Below, one piece after another: positions 1 through 7,970 of a stretch of 64,000 nucleotides of DNA. Under the pieces are notes generated by a model. The model made no database searches. It saw only the letters and a list, made by a program, of their open reading frames with translations, and was not told the DNA's origin. Positions within the stretch are counted from its first letter, which is position 1, and each line of letters opens with the position of its first letter. Both the position numbers and the translations under genes were made by a program. The stretch is from a virus: positions 9,112 through 73,111 of IMG/VR virus record IMGVR_UViG_3300048908_000307, one strand, 5' to 3'.

Positions 1-606
1 AACTGGCCCGCCTCTGACCCGCGGTCGAACCCTGACGAGGAAGAGCGGTACGAGGAGGACCCGGAGCGGTACGGCAAGAGCGATGCCCTGATGCCGGCGA
101 TCCGTGTTGAACGCCAAGTTCAGTACGAAGGCGGCAAGCTCGGGTTCTTTCCTCCGAAGTACGAGAGCTACCGGACGCTCGTCGTGCCTCCGTTCCTGGC
201 CGGCCTGCTGGAGCAGCTGCTCGACTCGCACGACAGCCGGTGGGTGTTCCCGGCGATTCAGGGCGGCAGCCTCGGTGCGGTGAACTTCGACTACAAGTAC
301 TGGCGACCCATCGCCGACGGGGCGAAGGCGCGCGAAGGGGAGCGTGTACGCAAGGAGCGGCCGGAGATCCCGGCCGTGCCGACGTTCGCGGGGAAGCGGC
401 TGTATCTGCTGCGGCATGCCCACAAGGCCTGGCTGGACGAGGACGGCCACAGCAAGTTCGCGGTGGAGTCCCGGATGGGCCACGAGGTGCCGGGGGTTGA
501 GGGGATCTACAGCAGCGTGACGGTGCCGATGGAAGGTGCCATCATGAAGACGTTGCAGGAGCGTTGGGACGGGCTACAGGAGCGGTTGAGGCGGTCGGAA
601 AGCTAG
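1..606 (+). CDS. int: Tyrosine recombinase (integrase), C-terminal part; 5' end lies outside the window
   Basis: Frame is open from base 1. Catalytic motifs YLLRH (HxLRH-like), MGH and downstream Tyr (GIYS). Confidence 0.9.
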   Translation, partial: NWPASDPRSNPDEEERYEEDPERYGKSDALMPAIRVERQVQYEGGKLGFFPPKYESYRTLVVPPFLAGLLEQLLDSHDSRWVFPAIQGGSLGAVNFDYKYWRPIADGAKAREGERVRKERPEIPAVPTFAGKRLYLLRHAHKAWLDEDGHSKFAVESRMGHEVPGVEGIYSSVTVPMEGAIMKTLQERWDGLQERLRRSES

Positions 607-610
607 ATCC

Positions 611-853
611 TTTCCCACTCGTTTCCCACTCCCCCTCGTTGGATCAAGGGACTTGCAGGTCAGAGAGATCGATAGGTCCAATCCCCCGACTTCCAAATGA
701 AGATGAACCCCCAGAATTTCCCATCGCCCTCGCCAGCGACAACATCAGCCACTAGGCGTTCTACCTGGCACTTCGTGCGGATAGTTGGGCTCTAGTTCGT
801 TCTGGTTGGGTGCTGGTTAGGGCGTTCCTATCCCACTTGTTTCCCATTTCCCA
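611..853. other. Candidate attP: arm-type direct repeats flanking a central region
   Basis: TTTCCCACTC at 611-620 and 622-631; related ATCCCACTTG, TTTCCCATTT and TTTCCCA at 830-853; directly downstream of the integrase stop. Core sequence not identified. Confidence 0.6.
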
Positions 854-936
854 AACCAGGGCAGTACCGGGACGCGACTAGGTCAGCCTCGAGGTTGATG
901 CCGTCGGGGTTCGCCTTGCGGTAGACAACACAACAG

Positions 937-985
937 GCCGGAGCCGGCCCCCTTGCACCCTTGGAGGCGGGGGGCCGGCTCCGGC
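937..985. terminator. Perfect 16-bp GC-rich hairpin
   Basis: GCCGGAGCCGGCCCCC (937-952) pairs with GGGGGCCGGCTCCGGC (970-985). Confidence 0.6.
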
Positions 986-1024
986 TGTCTATGGGTGGGG
1001 CCGCCGGGTAAAAGCGAGTGGAAC

Positions 1025-1040
1025 TCGAACATGCGTTCGA
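1025..1040. promoter_or_regulatory. LexA (SOS) box
   Basis: TCGAACATGCGTTCGA matches the actinobacterial consensus TCGAAC-N4-GTTCGA exactly. Confidence 0.8.
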
Positions 1041-1238
1041 TGTCTGACACTACCCGCACCCTGCGGCATATGCCAGAGCGTCGCAGGACTCGCACGTTGT
1101 GTAGCGAGGCGCCACCCGAGGTGGGCACCCACCTGTTCTACGGGGAGGAGTGGGCCGTCCGTCGCGCGAGTTTCATGATCAAAGAATGCCGCAATTCTGC
1201 TGCTGACTTATGATCATGGTCCGTAAAGCGTTGTCGGC

Positions 1239-1469
1239 GTGCCAGCCGATCAGCCCGAGTGGGTCCTCGACGCCCGCCGCTGTGTCGGCGACCGCATCCG
1301 GATACGCCGCCTCCGCCAGAACATGACGCAGGAGACCCTCGCCTACACCAGCGGGCTCGACCGGTCGACGATCCAACGCATGGAAGCTGGCCAGGAGATG
1401 AAACTCAGCCACCTGCTGCTGGTTGCCGAGGCGCTGAGACTGCACGTCACTGACCTCCTTCACGGCTAA
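1239..1469 (+). CDS. Small XRE-family HTH regulator
   Basis: VGDRIRIRRLRQNMTQETLAYTSGLDRSTIQRMEAG is a typical HTH_3 pattern. Confidence 0.85.
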   Translation: MPADQPEWVLDARRCVGDRIRIRRLRQNMTQETLAYTSGLDRSTIQRMEAGQEMKLSHLLLVAEALRLHVTDLLHG

Positions 1470-1659
1470 ACGGTTTACGCGGTGCAACGGTTGATCGCGC
1501 GACTGAACCTGAGTCAACAGCACTACAGGTTGTAGGGGAAGTGCGAAGGCCACATAGATCTATGCGTTTTCTGTGCACCCCGCACGTTTCTGTTACCGCA
1601 GGTCAGGCGCTGGCCACGGTTTACCTGGGAGACAAGTTCAAGGTCCAGGCCAACGGCGG

Positions 1660-1935
1660 TTACGGGGTCTCCTCGGACAGTCGCCGGTACGCCTCGTCCC
1701 CCTGTGCCCGGTAGGCGCTCCACAGCCGCTCGGAGTCCTTGCACCTGCCGAGGTCGATGTCCCGGCAGACGTCGCAGGTCGTGGTGTGGGCGACGTAGCG
1801 GCTGTAGGCCTGCTGGAGCGGGGAGAGTTTCCCGGCGACCGAGGCTATGACCGGCGGGCGGGTTACGGGCTTGGGTGGGGGTTCTCTACGCTCGTCCACG
1901 TCGACGCTCCACTCACCGGCTGGTTCCCCGGCCAT
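1660..1935 (-). CDS. Hypothetical protein with HxxxCxxC...C motif (start uncertain)
   Basis: AHTTTCDVCRD...GRC; divergent from the GntR gene. Confidence 0.65.
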   Translation of the reverse strand: MAGEPAGEWSVDVDERREPPPKPVTRPPVIASVAGKLSPLQQAYSRYVAHTTTCDVCRDIDLGRCKDSERLWSAYRAQGDEAYRRLSEETP

Positions 1936-2040
1936 GTGTGGTCGCGGGGGCTTCGTTTCAGCAGCTTAGACATAGCATGCTATGGCGTGCCACGTATGCG
2001 ACATCTCGCGTGGCATGGGATGGCGTGTCACGTTGACGGA

Positions 2041-2286
2041 GTGATCGAATTCGAGGCGGATGTGCCGAGGTGGAAGCAGGTAGCGGACGTGATCCGGGAG
2101 CGGATCGCCGATGGCACGTACCCGCCTCGCACTCGCGTCCCGTCGGTCATCCAGCTGGCTACCGAGTTCGGGATCGCGCAGGCGACCGCGCAGAAGGTGC
2201 ACCGCGGGCTGCGCGACGAGGGGCTCATCTACACGGAGCCGGGCCTCGGTAGCTTCGTAGCACGACAGCCGCTCGCCGAGGGCTGA
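2041..2286 (+). CDS. GntR-family winged-HTH protein (DNA-binding domain only)
   Basis: WKQVADVIRERIADGTYPPRTRVPSVIQLATEFGI...GLIYTEPGLGSFV; GTG start inside track ORF 1573..2286. Confidence 0.85.
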   Translation: MIEFEADVPRWKQVADVIRERIADGTYPPRTRVPSVIQLATEFGIAQATAQKVHRGLRDEGLIYTEPGLGSFVARQPLAEG

Positions 2287-2295
2287 CCGCTGACA

Positions 2296-2508
2296 GTGCC
2301 CCGCCCTAAACTGATCACCATGCCTCCCACTCCCCCAGACCCGGGCCCCGCACGGCCGTCTGCTGTGGTGAATGAGGAGATCCGCGCCCTGGTCGTAGGG
2401 GCTGGCGGCTGGCTGTACGGGGAGACGCGGCGGCGGTACGAGGTGCTGCGGCTGGAGTGGGCGATCGCCGACGCGGCGGAGAAACGGGACGTCGTCGAAG
2501 CGGCGTAG
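2296..2508 (+). CDS. Hypothetical protein
   Basis: Follows the GntR gene in the same orientation; plausible codon usage. Confidence 0.55.
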   Translation: MPRPKLITMPPTPPDPGPARPSAVVNEEIRALVVGAGGWLYGETRRRYEVLRLEWAIADAAEKRDVVEAA

Positions 2509-2589
2509 TGCGACGGGTTCACCGTTTCGGGTACCCATAACCCTCGGAGTGGTGTACGTTTTAGGTACCCAAAACCCCGAGGGGGAGCA

Positions 2590-3147
2590 ATGAGCGACGA
2601 CAAGGGCGGACGCCCCGCCATCGGACCCAAGGTCCCCATCAACTTCCCGGCAGGCCTCCTCCGCGACATCGACAGCGCCGCCGACACCGCAGGGCTCAGC
2701 CGGGCCGCATGGGTCCGCCGCGCCACCGCCCGCGCCTGCCCCGAGACCTTCGAAGGCGCCATCCTGCCCGACCAGATGGGCCGATACCTGCGCGGCTCCG
2801 CCATGGGCGAAGACCTCGACAACCCCGACCGCGCAGTCCACGTCGACGCCGAAACCACCCAGCGCATCCTCCGGGCAGTCGACGACGGCGACCTCGACAT
2901 CGGCATGGTCGAGACCAAATCGACCAGCCGCGAGACCAAGGGCGTCCGGCTCAGCCTCAGCTTCATCACCCGGGAGCTCACCGTCGGCCGCGAGCACATC
3001 ACGCTCTACCAGGTCACGTACACGACCGTCAGCCTCCCGCACATCGGTGAAGCCGAGGGCGTCTACCACCACCAGCGCACCCTCTATCTCGACGGCGCCG
3101 CCGCCGAGGTCTTCCACGAGGAGATGCGCGAAACGCACCTGAGCTGA
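2590..3147 (+). CDS. Ribbon-helix-helix (CopG-like) N-terminal domain fused to an unknown domain
   Basis: GRPAIGPKVPINFPAGLLRDIDSAADTAGLSRAAWVR; GGAG RBS; GGTACCCA repeats upstream at about 2529 and 2563. Confidence 0.7.
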   Translation: MSDDKGGRPAIGPKVPINFPAGLLRDIDSAADTAGLSRAAWVRRATARACPETFEGAILPDQMGRYLRGSAMGEDLDNPDRAVHVDAETTQRILRAVDDGDLDIGMVETKSTSRETKGVRLSLSFITRELTVGREHITLYQVTYTTVSLPHIGEAEGVYHHQRTLYLDGAAAEVFHEEMRETHLS

Positions 3148-3165
3148 AGAACGTAGGATCCTGCG

Positions 3166-3378
3166 GTGACTATCGAACTACCCGACCATCTGATCGCGCT
3201 GGAACGCCAGGCCTGGGCTGAGATCCAGGCCGGGGCGCTGACCGTGGACACGGCCCGCGCCGTCCACGACGGCATCGCCGCCTACGTCGCCGAACGGCAG
3301 GCGGCGGGCGATGAGGTGCGGCGGATGGACGTCGAGCTCGGGCTGAAGACGCTCGTGCGGTACGAGACGGCGGCCTGA
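3166..3378 (+). CDS. Hypothetical protein
   Basis: High GC3 codon usage; followed by a GC hairpin. Confidence 0.65.
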   Translation: MTIELPDHLIALERQAWAEIQAGALTVDTARAVHDGIAAYVAERQAAGDEVRRMDVELGLKTLVRYETAA

Positions 3379-3525
3379 CAGCAGCGAGCCCCGCACCGGG
3401 CGCTGTTCCGGGCGGGGCATCAGCAACAACCCGACTAGATCGTTGGGATGTTGACGTCCACTCTACGAGCCGCCACTGACAACGAGGCGCCCCTCGGCGA
3501 CGGGGATGACAACCGAGGGGCGGGA

Positions 3526-3738
3526 TCAGTCTCGCAGGCCGCCCGCCTCGTCGGGCCAGGACGCGAGGACCCGCTGTTCCTCCTCGTCGACGAGTACGAC
3601 CCGGGCGCCCTCAACGCTGCCGTGCTCGCGCTTCCACGCTGCGTGCTTGCGCTCGGCCGTCGCTCGCTCGGCCCACCAGCCCTGCATGACGACCTCGTCG
3701 CTGGTGTACAGGGTCAGGTGATACCGCTGGTCGTTCAC
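3526..3738 (-). CDS. Hypothetical protein
   Basis: Compact ORF coupled to 3743..4081. Confidence 0.65.
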   Translation of the reverse strand: MNDQRYHLTLYTSDEVVMQGWWAERATAERKHAAWKREHGSVEGARVVLVDEEEQRVLASWPDEAGGLRD

Positions 3739-3742
3739 GTGG

Positions 3743-4081
3743 TCAGCCTGTCATTCCGTCGTCGGTGAGGATCGTCAGCGGGGCGCCCGCATCCCTGGCC
3801 GCCGCGCGCAGGTCGGCGACGATGCCCTCGAGCGTCGACGGCATCCGAGACGGCAGCAGTCGGGTTACGGCGAGGAAGTGGGTGCGGCAGGTGTCCAGCC
3901 AGCGGAGGCCGAGGCCGGGCACGTCGACGACCCGGGTCGCGCGCGCCGGCTGGCCGCATCGGGCGCAGCGGTGGCCGCCGTCGAGTCGCTCCACAGCCGT
4001 GCCGCGCCAGGGCGCCCATGGCGGGGCCGGGTCGAGGGCGGCCGGGTCGATGCCGAGGGTGCGCAGCAGGTCAGCGTCCAT
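3743..4081 (-). CDS. Hypothetical protein with CxxC...C/H zinc motif
   Basis: HRCARCGQPA...WLDTCRTH; GGAG RBS upstream. Confidence 0.65.
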   Translation of the reverse strand: MDADLLRTLGIDPAALDPAPPWAPWRGTAVERLDGGHRCARCGQPARATRVVDVPGLGLRWLDTCRTHFLAVTRLLPSRMPSTLEGIVADLRAAARDAGAPLTILTDDGMTG

Positions 4082-4124
4082 ACGGTCCTCTCTCCCCCGG
4101 GGATGCGGAGGGAAGCCTAACGCC

Positions 4125-4145
4125 TACAATCGAACACGTGAACGA
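4125..4145 (+). promoter_or_regulatory. -10 element overlapping a degenerate LexA box at a probably leaderless start
   Basis: TACAAT (4125-4130), then TCGAACACGTGAACGA (4130-4145, 2 mismatches to consensus) covering the GTG start at 4138. Confidence 0.55.
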
Positions 4146-4476
4146 CAGCTCGCCGTCCAGACTCGACCAGCTCCTCTTCCTCAAACGCGTCCAGGAGCAG
4201 GATCTTGAGCGCACCCGCAGGTGGATTGCAGCAGAGGAACGACGGCAGGCAGAGCAGCGGCGCGGGGAGCAGGCCCGGCCGCCCGAGCCGGACTGGCTGC
4301 TCGAGCAAGGCCTCGACGGGCGGCAGGCGGTGTACGTCCACGTCGGCGGCTGCCACATGGCCGGGAAGAGGAGCCGCGGCGTGCAGCGGGACCAGGCGCT
4401 CCGGGCACTCGCCGACGGGATCGCCGCCTGCACCCACTGCCGGCCCGACTCGGAGCTCGGCTACCTGGAGGGATAG
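4138..4476 (+). CDS. DUF6233-like protein
   Basis: VYVHVGGCHMAG...ALADGIAACTHCRPDSELG pattern. Confidence 0.75.
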   Translation: MNDSSPSRLDQLLFLKRVQEQDLERTRRWIAAEERRQAEQRRGEQARPPEPDWLLEQGLDGRQAVYVHVGGCHMAGKRSRGVQRDQALRALADGIAACTHCRPDSELGYLEG

Positions 4477-4569
4477 CAGCAACGATCACAAGGTCGTCAC
4501 TGTGCTTACACAGCCCACACAACTCCCGCTACCGTCATCCCCTCAGAAAGCACGACAAGGGGGGACGCC

Positions 4570-5043
4570 ATGAGCAACCCGTACACCAGGCCGCCCGTAC
4601 CGCCGCAGCCGTCCCGGCCCGCACCGAAGTGGGCCCGCAAGCGCTACGTACTTCCCGCGCTCGGCTTCGCCTTCTTCATCGGCATCGGGGCCGGCGGCAG
4701 CAACCAGGACAGCAGCAGCGACGCCAAGCCGACCGCGGCCAAGGTGCAGCCCACCGCTACCGTCACCGCGACGGCCACGGCGACGCCGAAACCCGCGCCG
4801 ACGGTGACGAAGACCGTCACGAAGACGGTCAAGGTGAAGGTGACCGTCACCGCGGAGGCCCCGTCCGGCAGCGGCAGTTCGTCCGGCGGATCGTCCGGGG
4901 GCAGCGGGTCGGGTTCCTCGGGCAGCTCCAGCGTTGCGGGGGGCGGGGCCACCGCCCAGTGCAATGACGGCACCTACTCGTATGCCGCGCACCACCAGGG
5001 CGCCTGCTCCCACCACGGAGGCGTGGCCGTCTTCTACAAGTAG
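4570..5043 (+). CDS. Membrane-anchored protein with Thr/Ser-rich linker and C-terminal DUF3761-like domain
   Basis: TM segment VLPALGFAFFIGIG; TVT repeats; ATAQCNDGTYSY..HHQGACSHHGGV. Confidence 0.8.
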   Translation: MSNPYTRPPVPPQPSRPAPKWARKRYVLPALGFAFFIGIGAGGSNQDSSSDAKPTAAKVQPTATVTATATATPKPAPTVTKTVTKTVKVKVTVTAEAPSGSGSSSGGSSGGSGSGSSGSSSVAGGGATAQCNDGTYSYAAHHQGACSHHGGVAVFYK

Positions 5044-5239
5044 GCCGACCGTTCACGCACGAGCGCCCCTCGGCAACCATCGGTCGGGGGGCGCAAGGCT
5101 GGACGCTGGTTCATGAGGCCAGCAGCGGCAGCCGATCGGACGGCCCCAGGGGACCGCACTGCCGCAGCCAGTCTGGCACGAGGGGCTGACAGGCGGGCGG
5201 AGTTCTCCTACCGTGGCCGCACCCGACATAGGAGGGGAC

Positions 5240-5287
5240 ATGAGCGACGACACGACCTGGGGCAACAGCGACACCGCCTGGGGCTGA
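5240..5287 (+). CDS. 15-aa microprotein MSDDTTWGNSDTAWG
   Basis: AGGAGG at 5230-5235, ATG at 5240, TGA at 5285-5287, hairpin downstream; below the ORF-track cutoff. Confidence 0.5.
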   Translation: MSDDTTWGNSDTAWG

Positions 5288-5319
5288 ACCCCGCACGGTA
5301 GATCGGTACGCTGACGCAG

Positions 5320-5354
5320 CGACGCCCCGCCCACTTACTCTGGGCGGGGCGTCG
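5320..5354. terminator. Hairpin between convergent genes
   Basis: CGACGCCCCGCCCA / TGGGCGGGGCGTCG perfect 14-bp stem. Confidence 0.7.
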
Positions 5355-5372
5355 TTCTGCAGGCAGTCTCTA

Positions 5373-5633
5373 CTACAGGTCGCCGCCGTACTTGCGATCC
5401 TTCGCGGCGGCTTCTTCCCACGTCATGGCGGACTGGTAGTAGGCCGCGCGTGAGTCTCCGGCGAGTACCTTCTCCAGTTCACGGCGAGTCTGCTCGCGTG
5501 CTCGCTCAGCCGCCTCCTCTGCCCGCCACTCGACGAGTTCCTCCGGGGTGGCGTCGACGACGATGAACGTGTCCGTGACGCTGGAGAAGACGGCGAGCTT
5601 CCCGTCAGGCTGCTGGATGATCTGCTGGCCCAT
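5373..5633 (-). CDS. Hypothetical protein
   Basis: Downstream member of the resolvase operon. Confidence 0.7.
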   Translation of the reverse strand: MGQQIIQQPDGKLAVFSSVTDTFIVVDATPEELVEWRAEEAAERAREQTRRELEKVLAGDSRAAYYQSAMTWEEAAAKDRKYGGDL

Positions 5634-5639
5634 GGGTCC

Positions 5640-5924
5640 TCACTTCTCGGTGACGGTGGCGGTCTTCGCCGTGCTGTGGACGAACCCGACGGCGGCAAGT
5701 TCTACTCCGTTGACGGTGTCCGAAGCGACCGCCCGGAACAACTCCTCGCAGATCCCGCTCGACGTCCGGTCTACCCACTCCGGGGCGACGTGGTGCAGCC
5801 ATGCCGTCCAGTCGCCGCCGTAGTTGCCGATGTGCCAGGGGTACACCTCGACGTCCCCCTCGAAGAACGGGTTACCGTTCCGCATGATCCGAACGTTGAC
5901 GGTCTGAGCTTCAATCACGGTCAC
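5640..5924 (-). CDS. Hypothetical protein
   Basis: Start overlaps the resolvase stop (GTGA). Confidence 0.6.
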   Translation of the reverse strand: MTVIEAQTVNVRIMRNGNPFFEGDVEVYPWHIGNYGGDWTAWLHHVAPEWVDRTSSGICEELFRAVASDTVNGVELAAVGFVHSTAKTATVTEK

Positions 5925-6493
5925 TTCTCCCTTTCGAGGTATCGGTAGATGGTGGTGCGGGCGACGCCGAGTTCGTTGGCGATGTCCTGCACGGTGTGCT
6001 TGCGCTTGCCGTCGCCGCCGAGCTCGTCGTACATCTGCTGGGCCAGCTCGACCTGTCGACCGCGCAGGGCCTTCTTCCTACCGCCGACTCGGCCGCGCGC
6101 GCGTGCGGCGGCGAGGCCGTCGTGCGTGCGCTCGACCATCATCGCGTGCTCGAACTCGGCGATGGCGCCAAGGATGGTGAAGAAGAGGACGCCACCTGGG
6201 GTGGAGGTGTCGATGCCCTGGTCGAGGACGACGAGCGTGATGCCGTTGCCGCGTAGTCGCTCGGACAGCTCCAGGAGGTTCTTTGTGGAGCGGCCGAGCC
6301 GGTCGAGTTTGGTGATGACGAACTCGTCGCCCTCGCGCGCGGCGATGAGGGCCTTGTCGAGTTCGGGTCGGGAGGCGAGCTTGCCGGACGCCTTGTCTAC
6401 GTAGATCTGGTCGCAGTCCGCCTTATGGAGGGCGTCCTCCTGCGCTTCGGGGTTCTGGTCGCGCGTGGAGACGCGCCCGTATCCAATCCTCAT
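5921..6493 (-). CDS. Small serine recombinase (resolvase/invertase family) with C-terminal HTH
   Basis: MRIGYGRVST, ITKLDRLGRS, GAIAEFE, GRVGGR, ELGVARTTIYRYL. Confidence 0.95.
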   Translation of the reverse strand: MRIGYGRVSTRDQNPEAQEDALHKADCDQIYVDKASGKLASRPELDKALIAAREGDEFVITKLDRLGRSTKNLLELSERLRGNGITLVVLDQGIDTSTPGGVLFFTILGAIAEFEHAMMVERTHDGLAAARARGRVGGRKKALRGRQVELAQQMYDELGGDGKRKHTVQDIANELGVARTTIYRYLEREK

Positions 6494-6499
6494 GACTGG

Positions 6500-6616
6500 A
6501 GCGTAGCGCAAAGGGGGGTTAGCGCAACATAGTTAAGGACACGAGTTTGCGTCACATCTGGCCTGCGGCAACGGAGTTGGGCTCACTGTGTCGCCAAAAC
6601 GATCGTTTGCGGACAC
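6500..6616. other. res-like site upstream of the resolvase
   Basis: 29-bp dyad GTGTCGCCAAAACGATCGTTTGCGGACAC (6588-6616), with further TGCG/CGCA-type half sites at about 6505-6555. Confidence 0.65.
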
Positions 6617-6707
6617 CCGCTTTGAGCTGCCAAGCGGTGAGGCCCTACTGACAGCACGCCCCGCCTTCGGCAGACTCTCGGCCCTGGCAGGCGACGAAGG
6701 GGTGGGC

Positions 6708-6890
6708 ATGACGGAGCGACGGTACGACCAGCTGCAGGCGCGAGCGGTCAACAACCTGGACAACACGTACTCCGGGGATGTCGGCACCCCCGACCAAGCG
6801 GCACAGCTCGCAAGGGCTCAGGTGTATGCCCTGTTGGCGGTCGGAGCCGCGATCAAGGATCTGGCGGCGGCGCTCCGCGAGGGCCGCTAA
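6708..6890 (+). CDS. Hypothetical protein
   Basis: ATG at 6708 within track ORF 6588..6890; ends before a terminator. Confidence 0.5.
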   Translation: MTERRYDQLQARAVNNLDNTYSGDVGTPDQAAQLARAQVYALLAVGAAIKDLAAALREGR

Positions 6891-6898
6891 AACGAACA

Positions 6899-6938
6899 GC
6901 GCCCCCGCTCCCTGCCGGTTGGCAGGAAGCGGGGGCGC
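6899..6938. terminator. Bidirectional hairpin ending the lysis cassette
   Basis: GCGCCCCCGCT ... AGCGGGGGCGC. Confidence 0.7.
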
Positions 6939-6950
6939 AGTTGTGTGGTC

Positions 6951-7673
6951 TCAGTCGGTGCGGCGTCCGGTGGGGTCGAGGCGCCGGTATGCGGCCATGG
7001 CGAGCAAACCGGCCACGGTGACCGCGCCCTTGGCGGGGTTGTTGGATTTCAGCGGCGCCGGACCGGACGCGGGCGTGCACGTGTAGTGCGTCGAACCGTC
7101 GCCGTCGGGCGTGCAGTCGTAGGTGGTGCCGGTCCCGTCGGTGTACGTCCAGCCGGACGGCGGTGGCCCAGCCTCGCCGCGGTCGCCCTGCGGTCCCTGC
7201 TCACCCTGCGGCCCGGCTACTCCGGGATCGCCCTGGGCACCCTGCGGGCCCTGGGGACCGGTGACGCCGTTGGAGCCGGCCGAGCCTGGCGCCCCGGACG
7301 CCCCGGGCGACGGGGTGATCGTGGGTGCGGCCCTCCCAGGATCGCCCTTGTCGCCCTTCGGTCCGGGCGGTCCGGGGATAGGCACGGGCACTTCGGCGCG
7401 GTCGGGCAAGTTTTTGACGGCCTTGGTGGGGTCCGGAGCCACTGGTGTCCCGCCCCGGGCTTTTACCTGCTCCCGCAGGGCCCGGACATCTCCGGCGAGG
7501 GTGGAGACGGCGTTGCCTCGGAGGTCGGCTTCGGTGGCGAGCTGGTTGGCGCGTGCCGCTTCGGTCTGGACGCGTACATAGACCAGGAGCACCGCGCCCG
7601 TCAGCGCGAGCAGCGCGGCGACTATCCACAGCAGGTGGCGGCGGCGGGCGAACGCCCTCTCGGCCCGGGTCAC
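6951..7673 (-). CDS. Collagen-repeat membrane protein of the lysis cassette
   Basis: N-terminal TM, coiled coil, Gly-X-Y runs (GPPGPKGDKGDPG; GPQGPQGAQGDPG), hydrophobic C-terminus. Confidence 0.85.
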   Translation of the reverse strand: MTRAERAFARRRHLLWIVAALLALTGAVLLVYVRVQTEAARANQLATEADLRGNAVSTLAGDVRALREQVKARGGTPVAPDPTKAVKNLPDRAEVPVPIPGPPGPKGDKGDPGRAAPTITPSPGASGAPGSAGSNGVTGPQGPQGAQGDPGVAGPQGEQGPQGDRGEAGPPPSGWTYTDGTGTTYDCTPDGDGSTHYTCTPASGPAPLKSNNPAKGAVTVAGLLAMAAYRRLDPTGRRTD

Positions 7674-7936
7674 GGCTGGCCTCCGAGCTGCAGCACGAGC
7701 AGCTTCAGGCGCGCCGTCTCCGCCTTCTCTGTGGCCAGCTCCAGGCGCAGCGCGGCCAAGTCGGCTCGCAGCTCCTTGCGTTCTTCCTGGAGCTGGTCCG
7801 TGAGGCTGTTGTATCCGCCGATGACTCCGCCCTCCCGCTGGGTCCGCCCGGCGATCCGGGAGCCGTACATGGCTGCCAGTCCGGCCACCAGGGCGCTACC
7901 GAGAACGCCTATGGCCGTGACCGTGGCGGCATCCAT
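7670..7936 (-). CDS. Single-TM coiled-coil lysis-cassette protein
   Basis: VTAIGVLGSALVAGLAAMYG followed by heptad repeats; overlaps the next gene by 4 nt. Confidence 0.8.
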   Translation of the reverse strand: MDAATVTAIGVLGSALVAGLAAMYGSRIAGRTQREGGVIGGYNSLTDQLQEERKELRADLAALRLELATEKAETARLKLLVLQLGGQP

Positions 7937-7970
7937 GTGGCGCCCTCCCGGTCGCGCAAGGTGGGCAGAC

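Noticed and set aside
672-696. GGTCCAATCCCCCGACTTCCA resembles a tRNA 3' end (possible att core)
   Set aside because: T-loop length and distance to CCA do not fit a tRNA and no cloverleaf forms; the integration target remains unidentified.
883-1213. ORFs 883..1128 (-) and 953..1213 (+)
   Set aside because: Atypical composition, and they run through a hairpin and the LexA box; treated as regulatory DNA.
1239-1469. XRE gene as the immunity repressor
   Set aside because: Only 76 aa, no peptidase domain, and located in the accessory region; the repressor probably lies outside the window. The same caution applies to 52984..53211.
5921-6493. Gin/Cin-type tail-fibre inversion system
   Set aside because: The recombinase is about 8 kb from the fibre gene, and I saw no inverted crossover sites or alternative fibre ends.
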